A DNA stretch of 63,965 nucleotides, the filler included, from Octopus bimaculoides (Eukaryota): the NCBI RefSeq assembly GCF_001194135.2. It is 3 parts of 3 records of this genome, joined end to end, with 100 filler letters (N's around TTAATTAATTAA, not from the genome) between each part and the next. Parts side by side here need not be neighbours in the genome. Positions count along the whole stretch, not along the records: positions 41,976 to 63,965 come from NC_069007.1; 2 more parts are not named here. The stretch is one strand, 5' to 3'. A model generated the notes under the pieces. It ran no database searches. It was not told where the DNA came from and saw only the letters and a program-made list of their open reading frames with translations. The position numbers were made by a program, and so were the translations under genes. This document shows positions 52,562-63,965 of this stretch, one piece after another (the first letter of the stretch is position 1; the number at the start of each line of letters is the position of its first letter).

Positions 52562-53799
52562 TGGTTTAAATCCGGGTTTTGTCCCCATTAACGGGGGTGG
52601 CCAGATCTAACTCAATCCCATAGCAACCAAGGTAGGCAGGTGCAGCCCACTCCAACCTTTGGGCTGGCTGGTGCCCATTATCCTTTGCTATCATGAAGCT
52701 ATTTTGGAGCTGGATTTTCTGTGGGGGGCATGCCCTTGCTTACCCCCAACCTCAGTTTCTAGAAATGAGTGGTCCCAAGACCAAGGCCTTGGAAAACTAG
52801 CTCAGGAAGGCAGGGACATTACTCTCTGAGACCCCTTTCAGAGACCCCTACCTCAACGTATATAACGTATGTAAATACAGTTCTTTAAGTAATCATTGTA
52901 TTCCAATATCTTTAACTTTACAATGCGAAGCAGATGAGCGACAATCTTTCCATACGGACACACCACAGGCGATGCTTTCAGGTTTTTTGGATAACATACA
53001 CCCACACATACACACGCATAAGTCATTGTCAACCTCTTCTTTGTAAAATTTACGAAAACCTATTGAATAATCCTTCAGTTTAATGTTAAATTGATTTTCT
53101 ATATCTTGACATAAAGATAAAGATTAATGTGTGTGTGTGTGTGTGTGTGTATGTGTGTGTACGTGTGCATGCACACCTGTAGATCACTATATCATACTGA
53201 AATAATTCCTGGTAATTGTGTTTTGATTACTTCCGTTACTTGCAAGTCAACGTTGCTTTTCTATTTTTACCAGATCAACAGAACTGACCGATAATCTTGA
53301 AGACATTGAATTGTGGCCTATCTGAAACTAGTGGAAGAACAAAATAATGCAAAAGTATATATGCTTATTGTACCGATACAATACTTCTTGGATTGTTACA
53401 TACAAAATGGTTATCATAGGATTTACAAACTACCTCCTAGAATTAAACATCTAGCCATGAAAATGTTTTGTTCCTGATTACATTTGTAATTTTTTTTAAC
53501 AATTGCAGAAATATCATTGCGATTTATTGCTAATATAAAATGTTAGTAATTCCTTGTTTTTTTATTGATTTTAATATTCTCTTAAAACTAAAATTATATT
53601 ACAATTTCATGGATGCAAATTGATTAAAAATTTAAATGAATCTTCTTGACTTGCAAATTATTTTTATGAGATAGTTGCACAAATTTTGTTCCTTCTAGAT
53701 GCAGAAACTGACACCATACAAAATGGAAACTTCTCTCTTCCTGTCAGGCATAAAACTTCAGTGTTGCTACTATCAACATTTACCATATTGAAAAGTAGA

Positions 53800-55945
53800 A
53801 ATGCTGAAACAGAGGCAAGTAATATGTGTGCTGTGTACAAGATGGAGAGGAGTCTTAATCAGATTCCACTGAGGTAAACTGGGTGGGTAACAGCACTGTA
53901 GTTGCTGAAGTAGATATATGAGCAAAAAAGGACTGTTTCTATGGAGTCTTCTTACAGATTACTTCAATAATGAATGACAAAAACTTCATTTTTATAGCTG
54001 TTGATTTTAATAAAAATGTTAAGTATTGTCATGTTGGATGCTCCGGTGTAGATGGAAGCTATGGATATAGTACAAGGAATGGGGAGGGATCGAAGAGGGA
54101 TTTGCAATATTAACCTTAGGACATTGACCAGCTACCTGATAATCTACTGACCAAGCAAACATGTAAATGAGATAGACATTATACTCACCAGGAAATGGGA
54201 TAAGTGGCTGGTTGTGGATACATAGACAATAAACTAGTGATCAGTGACTTCAGGATTTAGGCTTGATAGTCTCAGAGGCAGACAGCAATTTGTAGGAGGA
54301 AGATATGAAAAATGGAAGATTCCTTGGCTAAATATAGGTTGAAAGAAATATCAGCTAATGATGTGAAAAAGAAATGTAGATTTATAAGATGGAAGGCAGT
54401 TGGTAGTTTCTTCAAGACAGATCACAGACCAGATCTGTGGCTGGAATAGGGTATTAGGGAGATGGAAGGTAACAATGTCAGTAGAATAGATAAAATAAAA
54501 GTTAAGACAGATCTAGAAAATTTGAAGAAAGGGGAATGAAGAAGGAAGAATATCAAAAAGATAGAAGAGAAGCTATTGGTCAGTCAAGCAGCTAAGTTCA
54601 AAGTTAAGAGGTCTGGCAATGTTTCTGTGACAAGAGAATCAGACAAGGTATGTTCTGGATTGCAAAGTAGTATGTCTGTGAGTATCATGATGGCATTAGA
54701 AAAAAGTGTTTATGGAATGTAATCAGCACATTGAAAACACAGCACCGACATAATGATTTTGCAAAACTCCTATATCATTTGCAGAAGTAGCTATCAGAGA
54801 TATAGGTTGCCAAAGACTAAACAGAGAAATTTGTTGAAAGGCAGTTTATGATAATTTTGCTTTGTCTCATTTGGCTGAGTAAATCTACATTGGAGTATAC
54901 TATTTATAAAGTCCAAATGGAAGAGTCCACAATTAGCGTTATGGACAGCATTATTATAAATGACAGCAGCTCTTATGTTGTTGTTGTTGGTAGTGGCAAA
55001 TCAACATCAGTTCAGGCTAAAACTTGTTTTCTATAAAGATTTCATTTTAATGTTCATTTTGTCGAATTGATAATGGCTGGTAGAGAGTTGCTTGAGTCTT
55101 ATGGGTATGAAAGCAAAAATGCTCTAGAAAGAAGTGAATGCAGAGACATCAAATTGATGGAGCACGTTAAGGAAGGAACAGAAAGAGATATAGCACAATT
55201 GATTAGAAAGAGAAATGGCTTAGGGGAAAAGCAATTAGGATTTGTACCTGGATGCTGACAGCAAATCCATTTCAGTCATCAAAGCTACTACCTAGCAAGG
55301 GAACTTCTATGGTAACTTGATCTGCTAGAAACAGCAGCCAAATCTCCCATCTTAGAAAAGAAAGGATACACTGGATAATGTTTTTTTTTTTTATCATTTA
55401 TTTGAACTGACTAGAGAACAACTTCAGCCACGTTCCAGGAAGAAAAACAAGTAGTTGATAGCTTCTGTTACCTAGGTGACCAAGTCAGTAGCGGGGATGG
55501 GTGCACTGAAAGTGTAGCTGCTAGAATAAGAATAGATTGGGCAAAGTTCAGAGAGCTTTTACCTCTGCTGGCGACAAAGGGCCTCTTGCTCAGACTGTAT
55601 GACGCATGTACACGAACAGCCATGCTACATGGCAGTGAAACATGGGCCAAGACTGCTGAGGACATGCGTAAGCTTGCAAGGAATGAAGCCAGTATACTCC
55701 GCTGGATATGTAATATCAGTGTGCATACTAGACAGAGTATAAGTGCCCTGAGAGAAAAGTTGGACCTAAGAAGCATCAGATGTGGTGTGCAAGAGAGACG
55801 TTTGCGCTGGTATGGGCATGTGGCGAGAATGGATGAGGATAGCTGTGTGAAAAAGTGCCACGCCCTAGCGGTTGAGGGAACCTATGGATGAGGTAGACCC
55901 AGGAAGACCTGGGATGAGGTGGTGAAGCACGACCTTTGAACATTA
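53800..55945 (+). mobile_element. Degenerate RTE-clade LINE (APE, linker, RT fragments and C-terminus)
   Basis: KKDCFYG..IAVDFN..GVDGSYG, EIDIILTRK, LVISDFRI, QLGFVPG, VVDSFCYLGDQ..MLHGSETWA..RRLRWYGHVARM..GRPRKTWDEVVKHDL. Confidence 0.8.
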
Positions 55946-55971
55946 GGCCTATATATATATGCATATCTATA

Positions 55972-56160
55972 TTTGTGTATCTGTGTTTGTCCCCCAACCA
56001 TTGCTTGACAACCAATGCTGGTGTGTTTGTCCCTGTAACTTAGTGGTTTGGCGAAAGAGACCAATAGGCTTACAAAGAATAAATCTTGGGTGTCGATCTG
56101 TTCAACTAAAGGTGCTGCTCCAGCATGGCCACAATCAAATGACTGTAACAAGTAAAAGAG
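55972..56160 (+). mobile_element. SINE family A, 3' half, CpG-decayed
   Basis: ttgcttgacaaccaatgctggtgtg..gctccagcatggccacaatcaaatgactg. Confidence 0.8.
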
Positions 56161-56623
56161 TATGTATGTGTCTGTGTGTGTGTATTCTATATGATTTGTA
56201 TATAAACTGAGATACATTGTAGATTGTACTAATGTGATAAACAAGGAATGGAATTAGGTTACAAATGTATCACATGAAATGAAATAGATTTACACATGTA
56301 TTGAAATATATCAATATAAATAGAATTGATATTTTGGGAAATTATAATATAAAGTTAACCTATAAAATATCTAAAATGAATTTTATAATCATATTTGAAG
56401 CAATTTGTCCATATATGGAAAAATGTAGTATACTGTTTTTCAATTACCATGGTGACAAAAAAACATTTATTCCAAATTATTTGTTTTTGTCTGTTTTTCT
56501 CTCTCTCTCCCCCTCTCCCTGTACACACACACACATTTGGTTTTGAAGGTTATCATTTTTTATTTGATCTATGTGACATTGTGACATTTACTTCAGTGTA
56601 TCAATATCTTATACTTATGAAAG

Positions 56624-56905
56624 CGGCGGGCCGGCAGAATCATTGGCATCCAGCTTCAAGGCAGTGCTCCAACATGGCCACTGTCAAATGACTGAAACAA
56701 GTAAAAAAATAAAAGAATACCAGGCAAAATGCTTAGTGGTATTTCATCTGTCTCAATGTTCTGAGTTCAAATTCTGCCAAAGTCGACTTTGCCTTTCCTC
56801 CTTTCAGGGTTGATAAAATACGTACCAGTTGTGTACTGAGGTCGATCTAATCAACTTGTCCCATTCCCTGAAATTACTGGCCTTGTGGCAAAATTTGAAA
56901 GCGAT
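56624..56905 (+). mobile_element. SINE family B interrupted by a family A/RTE-type tail (about 56655-56717)
   Basis: gcgggccggcagaatcattggca, then ttcaaggcagtgctccaacatggcc..aagtaaaa, then ccaggcaaaatgcttagtgg..gagttcaaattctgcc. Confidence 0.75.
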
Positions 56906-57126
56906 ATTTTGTGTTCATAGTTCTCAGACAAGATAGAACAAGAAGAAGAATGACCCAGGTAGAATAAGATTTGAAACTTTGATGCTGAAGAGAACTTCAA
57001 AGAGACAAAAGTTTGGGGAAATCATGCTTGTGGACCAGCAGAAATACCCAACTGATTATAAGGACAAGGTTCATTGGTGAAGGTAAAATTTCTCCTCTAT
57101 TATGTGTCACATAAAACAAACAGTAG

Positions 57127-57390
57127 TGAAGGTGCGTGGCTTAGTGGTTAGGATGTCAGCAGCATGATCGTAAGATTGTGGTTTCAATTCCTGGACCGGG
57201 CGATGGGTTGTGTTCTTGAGCAAAACACTTCATTTCACGTTGCTCCAGTCCACTCAGCTGGCAAAAATGAGTAACACTGCGATGGACTGGTGTCCTGTCC
57301 CGCTGGGGAACACATACGCCATTGAAACCGGGAAACCGGGCCCATGAGTCTGGCTAGGCTTTAAAAGGGCACATTTATTTATTATTTTAA
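57127..57390 (+). mobile_element. tRNA-derived SINE family D with CORE/V-like central domain
   Basis: gtggcttagtggttagg A box, ggtttcaattcc B box, cttgagcaaaacacttcatttcacgttgctccagtccactcagctg core-like block, gatggactggtgtcctgtcc. Confidence 0.75.
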
Positions 57391-58392
57391 AGCAAACAGC
57401 AAGTAGGAACCACTTGACTCAGATAAATTTTTCAGAAGAAATTCTGTCTTAAGTTCAAACTTAGATCTTGGTGTTGCTATATTGGTCTGTTAAATCAAAT
57501 TATTTTTTATCAACATTGCAACAGAATAGTGTCCTTGTATTTTCTTTGCTTTAGAGAAAATATATTTAAAAGTATTGTGTGAATAAATGATATGTGTGAA
57601 GAAGCTGTCAGCAATGTAATTTATTTTAAAATTATAAATATATATCTATTTTTGAAATAGGTGACATTTATTCCGGTATATTGATATTTTGGGTATATGG
57701 CTCTTAGTCATGAAAGAAAAGGAACAGAGACAAAAGAGGTAGAAAAAAGTTTGAACACTATTGTTAAAAATTCATCTGTGCTAAGCAGCTGCTACTGTGG
57801 ATTATTCTATAACACTTATTTTTAGATTTTATATTAGATTAGTTTTACCTTCACTAATGCATTTTCTCCAAATCTGGAATCTGGAATTTCCTGTCAATTA
57901 GTAGACATAAATTCACCAAACTGCTGACTTCATGTGGCATTATTAACCTTAGCCAAGCTGTGAAGGGTGCTACTGAGGTCAATATAATCAGCTGCTCTCC
58001 TTCTTCCTTGTGACAATTTATTTATGTTCATTTTTACATCTGTTCTATCATGTGTTCATGGGTTAGATGAGTATATCACTGAGGCATCGTTTTGCATCAG
58101 GATGCCATTTTTGTAAATAATCTTGCTTATTTTCCAAGTAAGGGACCTCAGACATGATAGAACAGGAAGAAGAATGACCTAGGTAGAATAAGATTTGAAA
58201 CCTTGATGCTGAAGAGAACTTCAAAGCGACAAAAGTTTGGTGAAATCATGCCTGAAGACCAGCAGAAATACCCAAATGATTATAAGGATATAGAGCCAAC
58301 AAATGATTTTACAGGGAAAATGATATCATTGATTATAGCACAGAGATTTTTGGAGTGGTGTAAATGCAAACATAATAACACACACACACACA

Positions 58393-58645
58393 CTCCCCCT
58401 CCTCCTCCTCCTTCTCCTCCTCCTTCTTTTTCCTCCTCCTCCTCCTTCTTTTTCTTCTTCTTCTTCTCCTCCTCCTTCTTCTTCTTCTTCTTCTTCTCCT
58501 CCTCCTCCTCCTCCTCCTCCTCCTTCTTCTCCTCCCCCTTCTCCTCCCCTTCTCCTCCTCCTTCTCCTCCTCCTCCTCCTCCTCCTCTTCTTCTTCTTCT
58601 TCTTCTTCTTCTTCTTCTTCTTCTTCTTCTTCTTCTTCTTTCTTC
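58393..58645. repeat. Pure polypyrimidine (TCC)/(TTC) tract of about 253 nt
   Basis: No purine seen on the + strand across the interval. Confidence 0.9.
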
Positions 58646-59149
58646 ACATTTCTCATATTGATTGTATATGGATATATTTTCTTTTTTCAGAAGCAAGTTA
58701 TAACTAATGACCACGGGGTCTGTCAACTTTCTCCTTCCAATTACGTTGACATAACTCTTCTCAAAATCCTCGTTGAAAGGTGGATGAGAGAAGCTAGAAT
58801 GATGTTAGTGAATGGGCCTGCCCTTAGCACATGTCTGCAATTGGTGATGAGGAACTGCAGAACGGCACCCACCCCAGAAGTCAGAGTACTCATGGTTTTA
58901 TGGGGTTTTACCATGAGCAGCCATTAAACATCTCCTCCTCATTGAAGATTACTTGTGATTATTGAGGAACCTTCCCATCTTTATTGAGGATTGCACGTCA
59001 TTAATTTTTTTTGCTTTTTTTAGGCTAACCACACATACACACACACACACACACACACATTCAATGTTTTGTCCTGTGCTGCCATAATGTTTTTCTTGAT
59101 GTAAACTTTTTGTAGTCAATAAAGAAATTATTATTATTATTATTATTAT

Positions 59150-59605
59150 TGAGTGAGAGAGCAGTGCATGCCATCAAAGTGACACTGGGGTAAAATATAC
59201 AAAGCCCAATATACCCATCATGACTACCCGTCTGATAAGGGTACACCAGGCACATGCATCACAACCATATGTGCGTGACATGGTGATCTCATATCAAGAT
59301 AAACAACACATGACCTCGCAGGTGGGGTCCAGTTAGAATTTTTTTCAGGTTGAGTAGCCCATCCCACTCAAAAGGTCCTTGAATAAGGTTTATTTAAGGA
59401 TGTTGAGCAAAACACCCATGTTTCCAATGGTGAATTATTCAAACCCCAAAGAACTCCTCTCAAAGAACTCTGCTCGTGATCAGAGATGCACATATCGTCA
59501 GCCACCAAGGGACATGCTCAACTGGTTAAGGTCAAACAACTGAGAAGCAAATCTGTGGTATTAAGCAGTATATTTGCTGTAGCCCATCTTTTATACCAAG
59601 ACAAA

Positions 59606-59606
<1 letters not shown>
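59150..59606. mobile_element. Unclassified interspersed repeat flanked by (ATT)n on both sides
   Basis: Homologous to 11570-12087. Confidence 0.7.
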
Positions 59607-59650
<44 letters not shown>

Positions 59651-60534
59651 TACTATTCTATGCCAATATCTCTTTTGCTAAATGAACATACAACACATAT
59701 TAGATACTTTGAAGTAAGTTCAATTACAAGAAGAATTTCAATTGAACAATCGTACTTAAATGAAAAGCAAACTTGTTTGGACCGAAACACAAAGGCATCT
59801 AGATGTTTCATTAGTAATATTATAGTTAATTATACTGTGTAAAATGTTTCAAATGTAATTAACTGCATCCTGTCTGAAGTACACATATTTTATTTAAATA
59901 CCATTATAAATATAGTCTCAACAACCAATTCATGTTACAAGATGGTTTGATGCTAAAGAACTTTCCAAGTGTGAAAAAGCAATTTAACACTTGTCAATCA
60001 TAGCTGAATGGAAGACAAAAGCTTAGCCTCTATTTTATTGGAGATCTGGAAACATCACATCTGGTTTATGAGTCGCAGAGAATTTAAAAACAAGACTCAA
60101 ACCAGACAAAACCCAGAAGTGAGAAAACAGAAAACAAGTCTAGCCCTTTACGTCCACCAGAGTTATTTCCCTTAGGTTTCTTTTCCTTAATGTCATTGCC
60201 TTGCTTATCAGCATTCAAGTGGTAACAGTCCATCCCATTTTTACTATGTGGGAATAAATGGGGGGGGGGGGGGTAAGGGTGAGGTGGAGAGAATGAAGGA
60301 GAAATGGGAAGAGTTTTTTGGAAAAACGTGTGGGTGTGTCTGTATATATATATCAGCTGAAATTGTGAAGATAATCTGGTACTCGACTGAGGAAAGAAAA
60401 CTTTGAATGACCTGGCCTTGTTTTCTTTGTATCGTCTATCTGGGTGTTTTGTTGTCTGATTTTTGTATCACCTAACTGTCCGGATATTTTGTATTCTTGT
60501 CCCACTTTGTATTTTATATATGTATGCATATATA

Positions 60535-60801
60535 TCTATATATATAAAAATGAGAATGTGTGTGTGTCTGTCTGTCCGTCTGTCTGTCTGTGTGAATCCC
60601 TAAAACTCGAGAACTACGCAACCAATTTCATTCAAATTTTACACATGCCTTACTTAGGGTTCCAGTTGTGTTTTAGTCTAAAAAATTTTAACTTCTTGCA
60701 GAGTTCGAGCACACGGCAACATAATATCTCCTCCACTATTTAAGTATTACGTGTCAAAAGTGTATGTACACCATTTCGATACTGTAATGACAGATACTTT
60801 C

Positions 60802-60846
<45 letters not shown>

Positions 60847-61707
60847 NNNNNNNNNNNNNNNNNNNNNNNNNNNNNNNNNNNNNNNNNNNNNNNNNNNNNN
60901 NNNNNNNNNNNNNNNNNNNNNNNNNNNNNNNNNNNNNNNNNNNNNNNNNNNNNNNNNNNNNNNNNNNNNNNNNNNNNNNNNNNNNNNNNNNNNNNNNNNN
61001 NNNNNNNNNNNNNNNNNNNNNNNNNNNNNNNNNNNNNNNNNNNNNNNNNNNNNNNNNNNNNNNNNNNNNNNNNNNNNNNNNNNNNNNNNNNNNNNNNNNN
61101 NNNNNNNNNNNNNNNNNNNNNNNNNNNNNNNNNNNNNNNNNNNNNNNNNNNNNNNNNNNNNNNNNNNNNNNNNNNNNNNNNNNNNNNNNNNNNNNNNNNN
61201 NNNNNNNNNNNNNNNNNNNNNNNNNNNNNNNNNNNNNNNNNNNNNNNNNNNNNNNNNNNNNNNNNNNNNNNNNNNNNNNNNNNNNNNNNNNNNNNNNNNN
61301 NNNNNNNNNNNNNNNNNNNNNNNNNNNNNNNNNNNNNNNNNNNNNNNNNNNNNNNNNNNNNNNNNNNNNNNNNNNNNNNNNNNNNNNNNNNNNNNNNNNN
61401 NNNNNNNNNNNNNNNNNNNNNNNNNNNNNNNNNNNNNNNNNNNNNNNNNNNNNNNNNNNNNNNNNNNNNNNNNNNNNNNNNNNNNAGTTTACAATGAGGT
61501 GTTATAATCACAACAGCAAGAAAGTATGTACATGATCACCTTCTTTTACGAAACTTCATTGACTTTCATATATTTATATTGATATACATATATATACGTG
61601 TGTTTGGGTGTGTGTGTGCATATACATCTCTATATATAAAGATGATGCGTAGTCTAGACGGCGTTTTTAGATTTCATTATTCTCTTTAACCCGGGAATTT
61701 CTGCTAG
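60535..61707 (+). mobile_element. Non-autonomous Helitron-like element spanning a gap
   Basis: Begins A|TCTATATATATAAAA followed by a (GT/GTCT) microsatellite and ends ..cccgggaatttctgCTAG|T. Joining the two ends across the gap is an assumption. Confidence 0.6.
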
Positions 61708-61733
61708 TATATATATATATATATATATATATA

Positions 61734-61886
61734 GGCATAGGAGTGGCTGTGTGGCAAGTAGCTTGCTTACGGACCACATGGTTCCAGGTTCAGTCCCACT
61801 GCGTGGCACCTTGGGCAAGTGTCTTCTACTATAGCCTCGAGCCGAACAAAGCTTTGTGAGTGGATCTGGTAGACAAAAACTGAAAC
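61734..61886 (+). mobile_element. SINE family A, 5' half
   Basis: ggagtggctgtgtggcaagtagc..caggttcagtcccactgcgtggcacc. Confidence 0.85.
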
Positions 61887-62199
61887 TCTCACACAGAGAG
61901 TAGCACTAATACAAAGTAAACTAAAAAGTAACCTAAAGTAATCTACCTTTAAATTGTAGATCACACGCCAAAGTAGCATCTTTCTTTTTTCTAAGAAATT
62001 ATGTGAATTTAGTGCTGGTTTCTTGTAAAAATGCAACTGTCTTTGTTTCGTCACTGATCACATTGTAAAAATCTTTAGCCAACATCTTACGGGTTTTTAG
62101 AAATAGAAAAGTAAACTAAGAACCAATCTAAAGTAATTTCCCTTGCAGATCACATGCCAAAGTAGCACCCAGTTTTGTATGTAAACAGCATCTCACAGC

Positions 62200-63500
62200 C
62201 TCTCAACATTCTCCAGATGTTGATGCATAGCTGTTCCATCACCTCTTGAAACATTTAGAAACTTGTCTCAACAACAACACCTATCAAACCCAGTCTCATT
62301 TTACCAGCAAAATTAGAGAACATCAAATACAACCAACTATGAACATATCTCACACACATACACACAAGACAAAAATACTCAGAATTACATACAACTCCAC
62401 TACAACATTTACAACACATGTAGAGGGCTTATTAAAAAGTAATAATAGATACCACGTTCAGCTGACAGAACGGAACAACAATAATGGAGTACGAGCAATA
62501 TAGTAGATCTGTCATGGACTCTGCTGGTTTTACTTTGGTCTCAAATTTCTCCACAACAAATCATTAAAAAATTACATAGGATATTACATTAAATATCATC
62601 ACAAGTTGTCTATAGATGACCCACACTTTAAAACAAAAATAATGAAATTAAAGATCACATGGGCACAGGAGTGGCTGTGTGGTAAGTAGTTTGCTTACCA
62701 ACCACATGGTTCCGGGTTCATTCCCACTGTGTGGCACCTTGGGCAAGTGTCTTCTACTATAGCCTCAGGCCAACCAAAGCTTTGTGAGTGGATTTGGTAG
62801 ACGGAAACTGAAAGAAGCCCGTCATATATATGTGTATATATATATATATGTGTATGTGTTCGTGTGTCTGTGTTTGTACCCCCACCACCGCTTGACAACC
62901 GATGCTGGTGTGTTTACGTCCCCGTAACTTAGCGGTTCGGCAAAAGAGACCAATAGAATAAGTACTAGGCATCCAAAGAATAAGTTGATTTACTCGACTA
63001 AAGGCGGTGCTCCAGCATGGCCACAGTCAAATGACTGAAACAAGTAAAAGAGAGTAAGAGAGTATGGGCATGTAATGGGACATATTTTGTTGCTACAGTG
63101 ACCTTGAACCTCCACCCCAGTACCTGTCACCACATGAAAAACAATCTATAAACACTCAGGTACTTATATAACACTCCAAAGCACTACTGCAGCACTTATC
63201 CTACCAAGCCAGAACAAGCCTTGTAAATACACTCACTTTCCTCATTGGGCCAAAACACTGCTGGAATAATGTATCTCCCTCTCAGTTATAAGTGGAGACA
63301 AACACCAACTGACTCACTTGAATTGTACACATTATTAGTCCTGCCTTATCTATCACCAAACTAAACAAAATTCCATAGCTTAGGTTCATAAAACTCACAG
63401 CTGACAATCATCATCTCCACTCCCACACAAAGACAATTCATCAACGAAGAGGAATATTGAAACTGAGAAGACTCTCTGAAGAATTTTTCAAACAATGTTT
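62200..63500 (+). mobile_element. Possible highly decayed Penelope RT, split by a SINE
   Basis: KHLETCLNNNTYQTQSHF (like LE..L..N.F.F...FY.Q), YPTKP, HSHTKTIH..RRLS. Motif resemblance only. Confidence 0.3.
62661..63063 (+). mobile_element. SINE family A, full-length young copy
   Basis: A box tggctgtgtgg, B box gggttcattcc, internal AT/GT microsatellite, tail gctccagcatggccacagtcaaatgactgaaacaagtaaaagagag. Confidence 0.9.
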
Positions 63501-63617
63501 CCAAGAGTTTCTATTTCCAAATTGATTGAAGAATTATTTTTGACGTGGATTTCTTTACTTGTTGTTCTGTTTAGAGACTGTTTGTACTGGCTTGCCAGAA
63601 TATGCATTTATTCATGA

Positions 63618-63849
63618 CTAGAAGAAATGCCCGGCGTTGCCCGGGTTAAAGAGAATAATGAAATCTAAAAACGCCGTCTAGACTACGCATCATCTTTATA
63701 TATAGAGAGGTATATACACACACGCACCCAAACACACGTATATATATGTATATCAATATAAATATATGAAAGTCAATGAAGTTTCGTAAAAGAAGGTGAT
63801 CATGTACATACTTTCTTGCTGTTGTGATTATAACACCTCATTGTAAACT
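63618..63849 (-). mobile_element. Helitron-like 3' end with terminal hairpin
   Basis: Minus strand ends cccgggcaacgccgggcatttcttCTAG|T; near-identical inverted match to 61486-61707. Confidence 0.7.
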
Positions 63850-63965
63850 ATGTTCCTTGTTTTCCCTTGTGGAGCATATACAAATAGGTTTTTTTGTTGC
63901 TGCCCACTCTTGAGCAGCTAACATACAGTTGTCCATGTGAGAAGCAGGGCTCTTCCAAGAGAAGA

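Noticed and set aside
53700-53874. Plus-strand exon-like interval with an open frame
   Set aside because: Runs directly into RTE endonuclease homology, so it is probably part of the decayed LINE.
59160-59260. Twister or HDV-like ribozyme suspected in the unclassified repeat (tacaaagccc, ctgataagggt)
   Set aside because: The required helices and pseudoknots could not be built by eye.

Overview
AT-rich, microsatellite-saturated, mostly intronic or intergenic animal DNA with about 15 assembly gaps (N runs). The SINE families and repeat style suggest an octopod cephalopod such as Octopus; this is inference. Only one confident host coding exon was found: a WD40 exon resembling WDR64 at 42551-42810 (-). 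It sits in an inverted self-duplication whose second arm is broken by a retroelement with a 13-14 bp target-site duplication (TSD). Two or three weaker orphan exon candidates also exist. The rest is transposon debris: four tRNA-derived SINE families, RTE LINEs, R2-superfamily (restriction-like endonuclease, RLE) retroelement fragments at (TAA)n tracts, Tc1/mariner remnants, Helitron-like elements and Penelope-like (GIY-YIG) elements. The most interesting signal is a set of minimal type-I hammerhead ribozyme (HHR) motifs. One is canonical and lies in a Penelope 3' pLTR (46270-46371). One is in a miniature fold-back element (about 27.0-27.2 kb). A repeated non-coding element (three loci) combines a tRNA-like Pol III head, an (AAT)n spacer, an HHR-bearing tail and a 5' inverted tail copy, which looks like a Penelope-mobilised, ribozyme-carrying SINE. 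Most long ORFs in the supplied track are microsatellite or gap artefacts. All homology calls come from manual translation and motif recall, not database searches. Boundaries of decayed elements are approximate.
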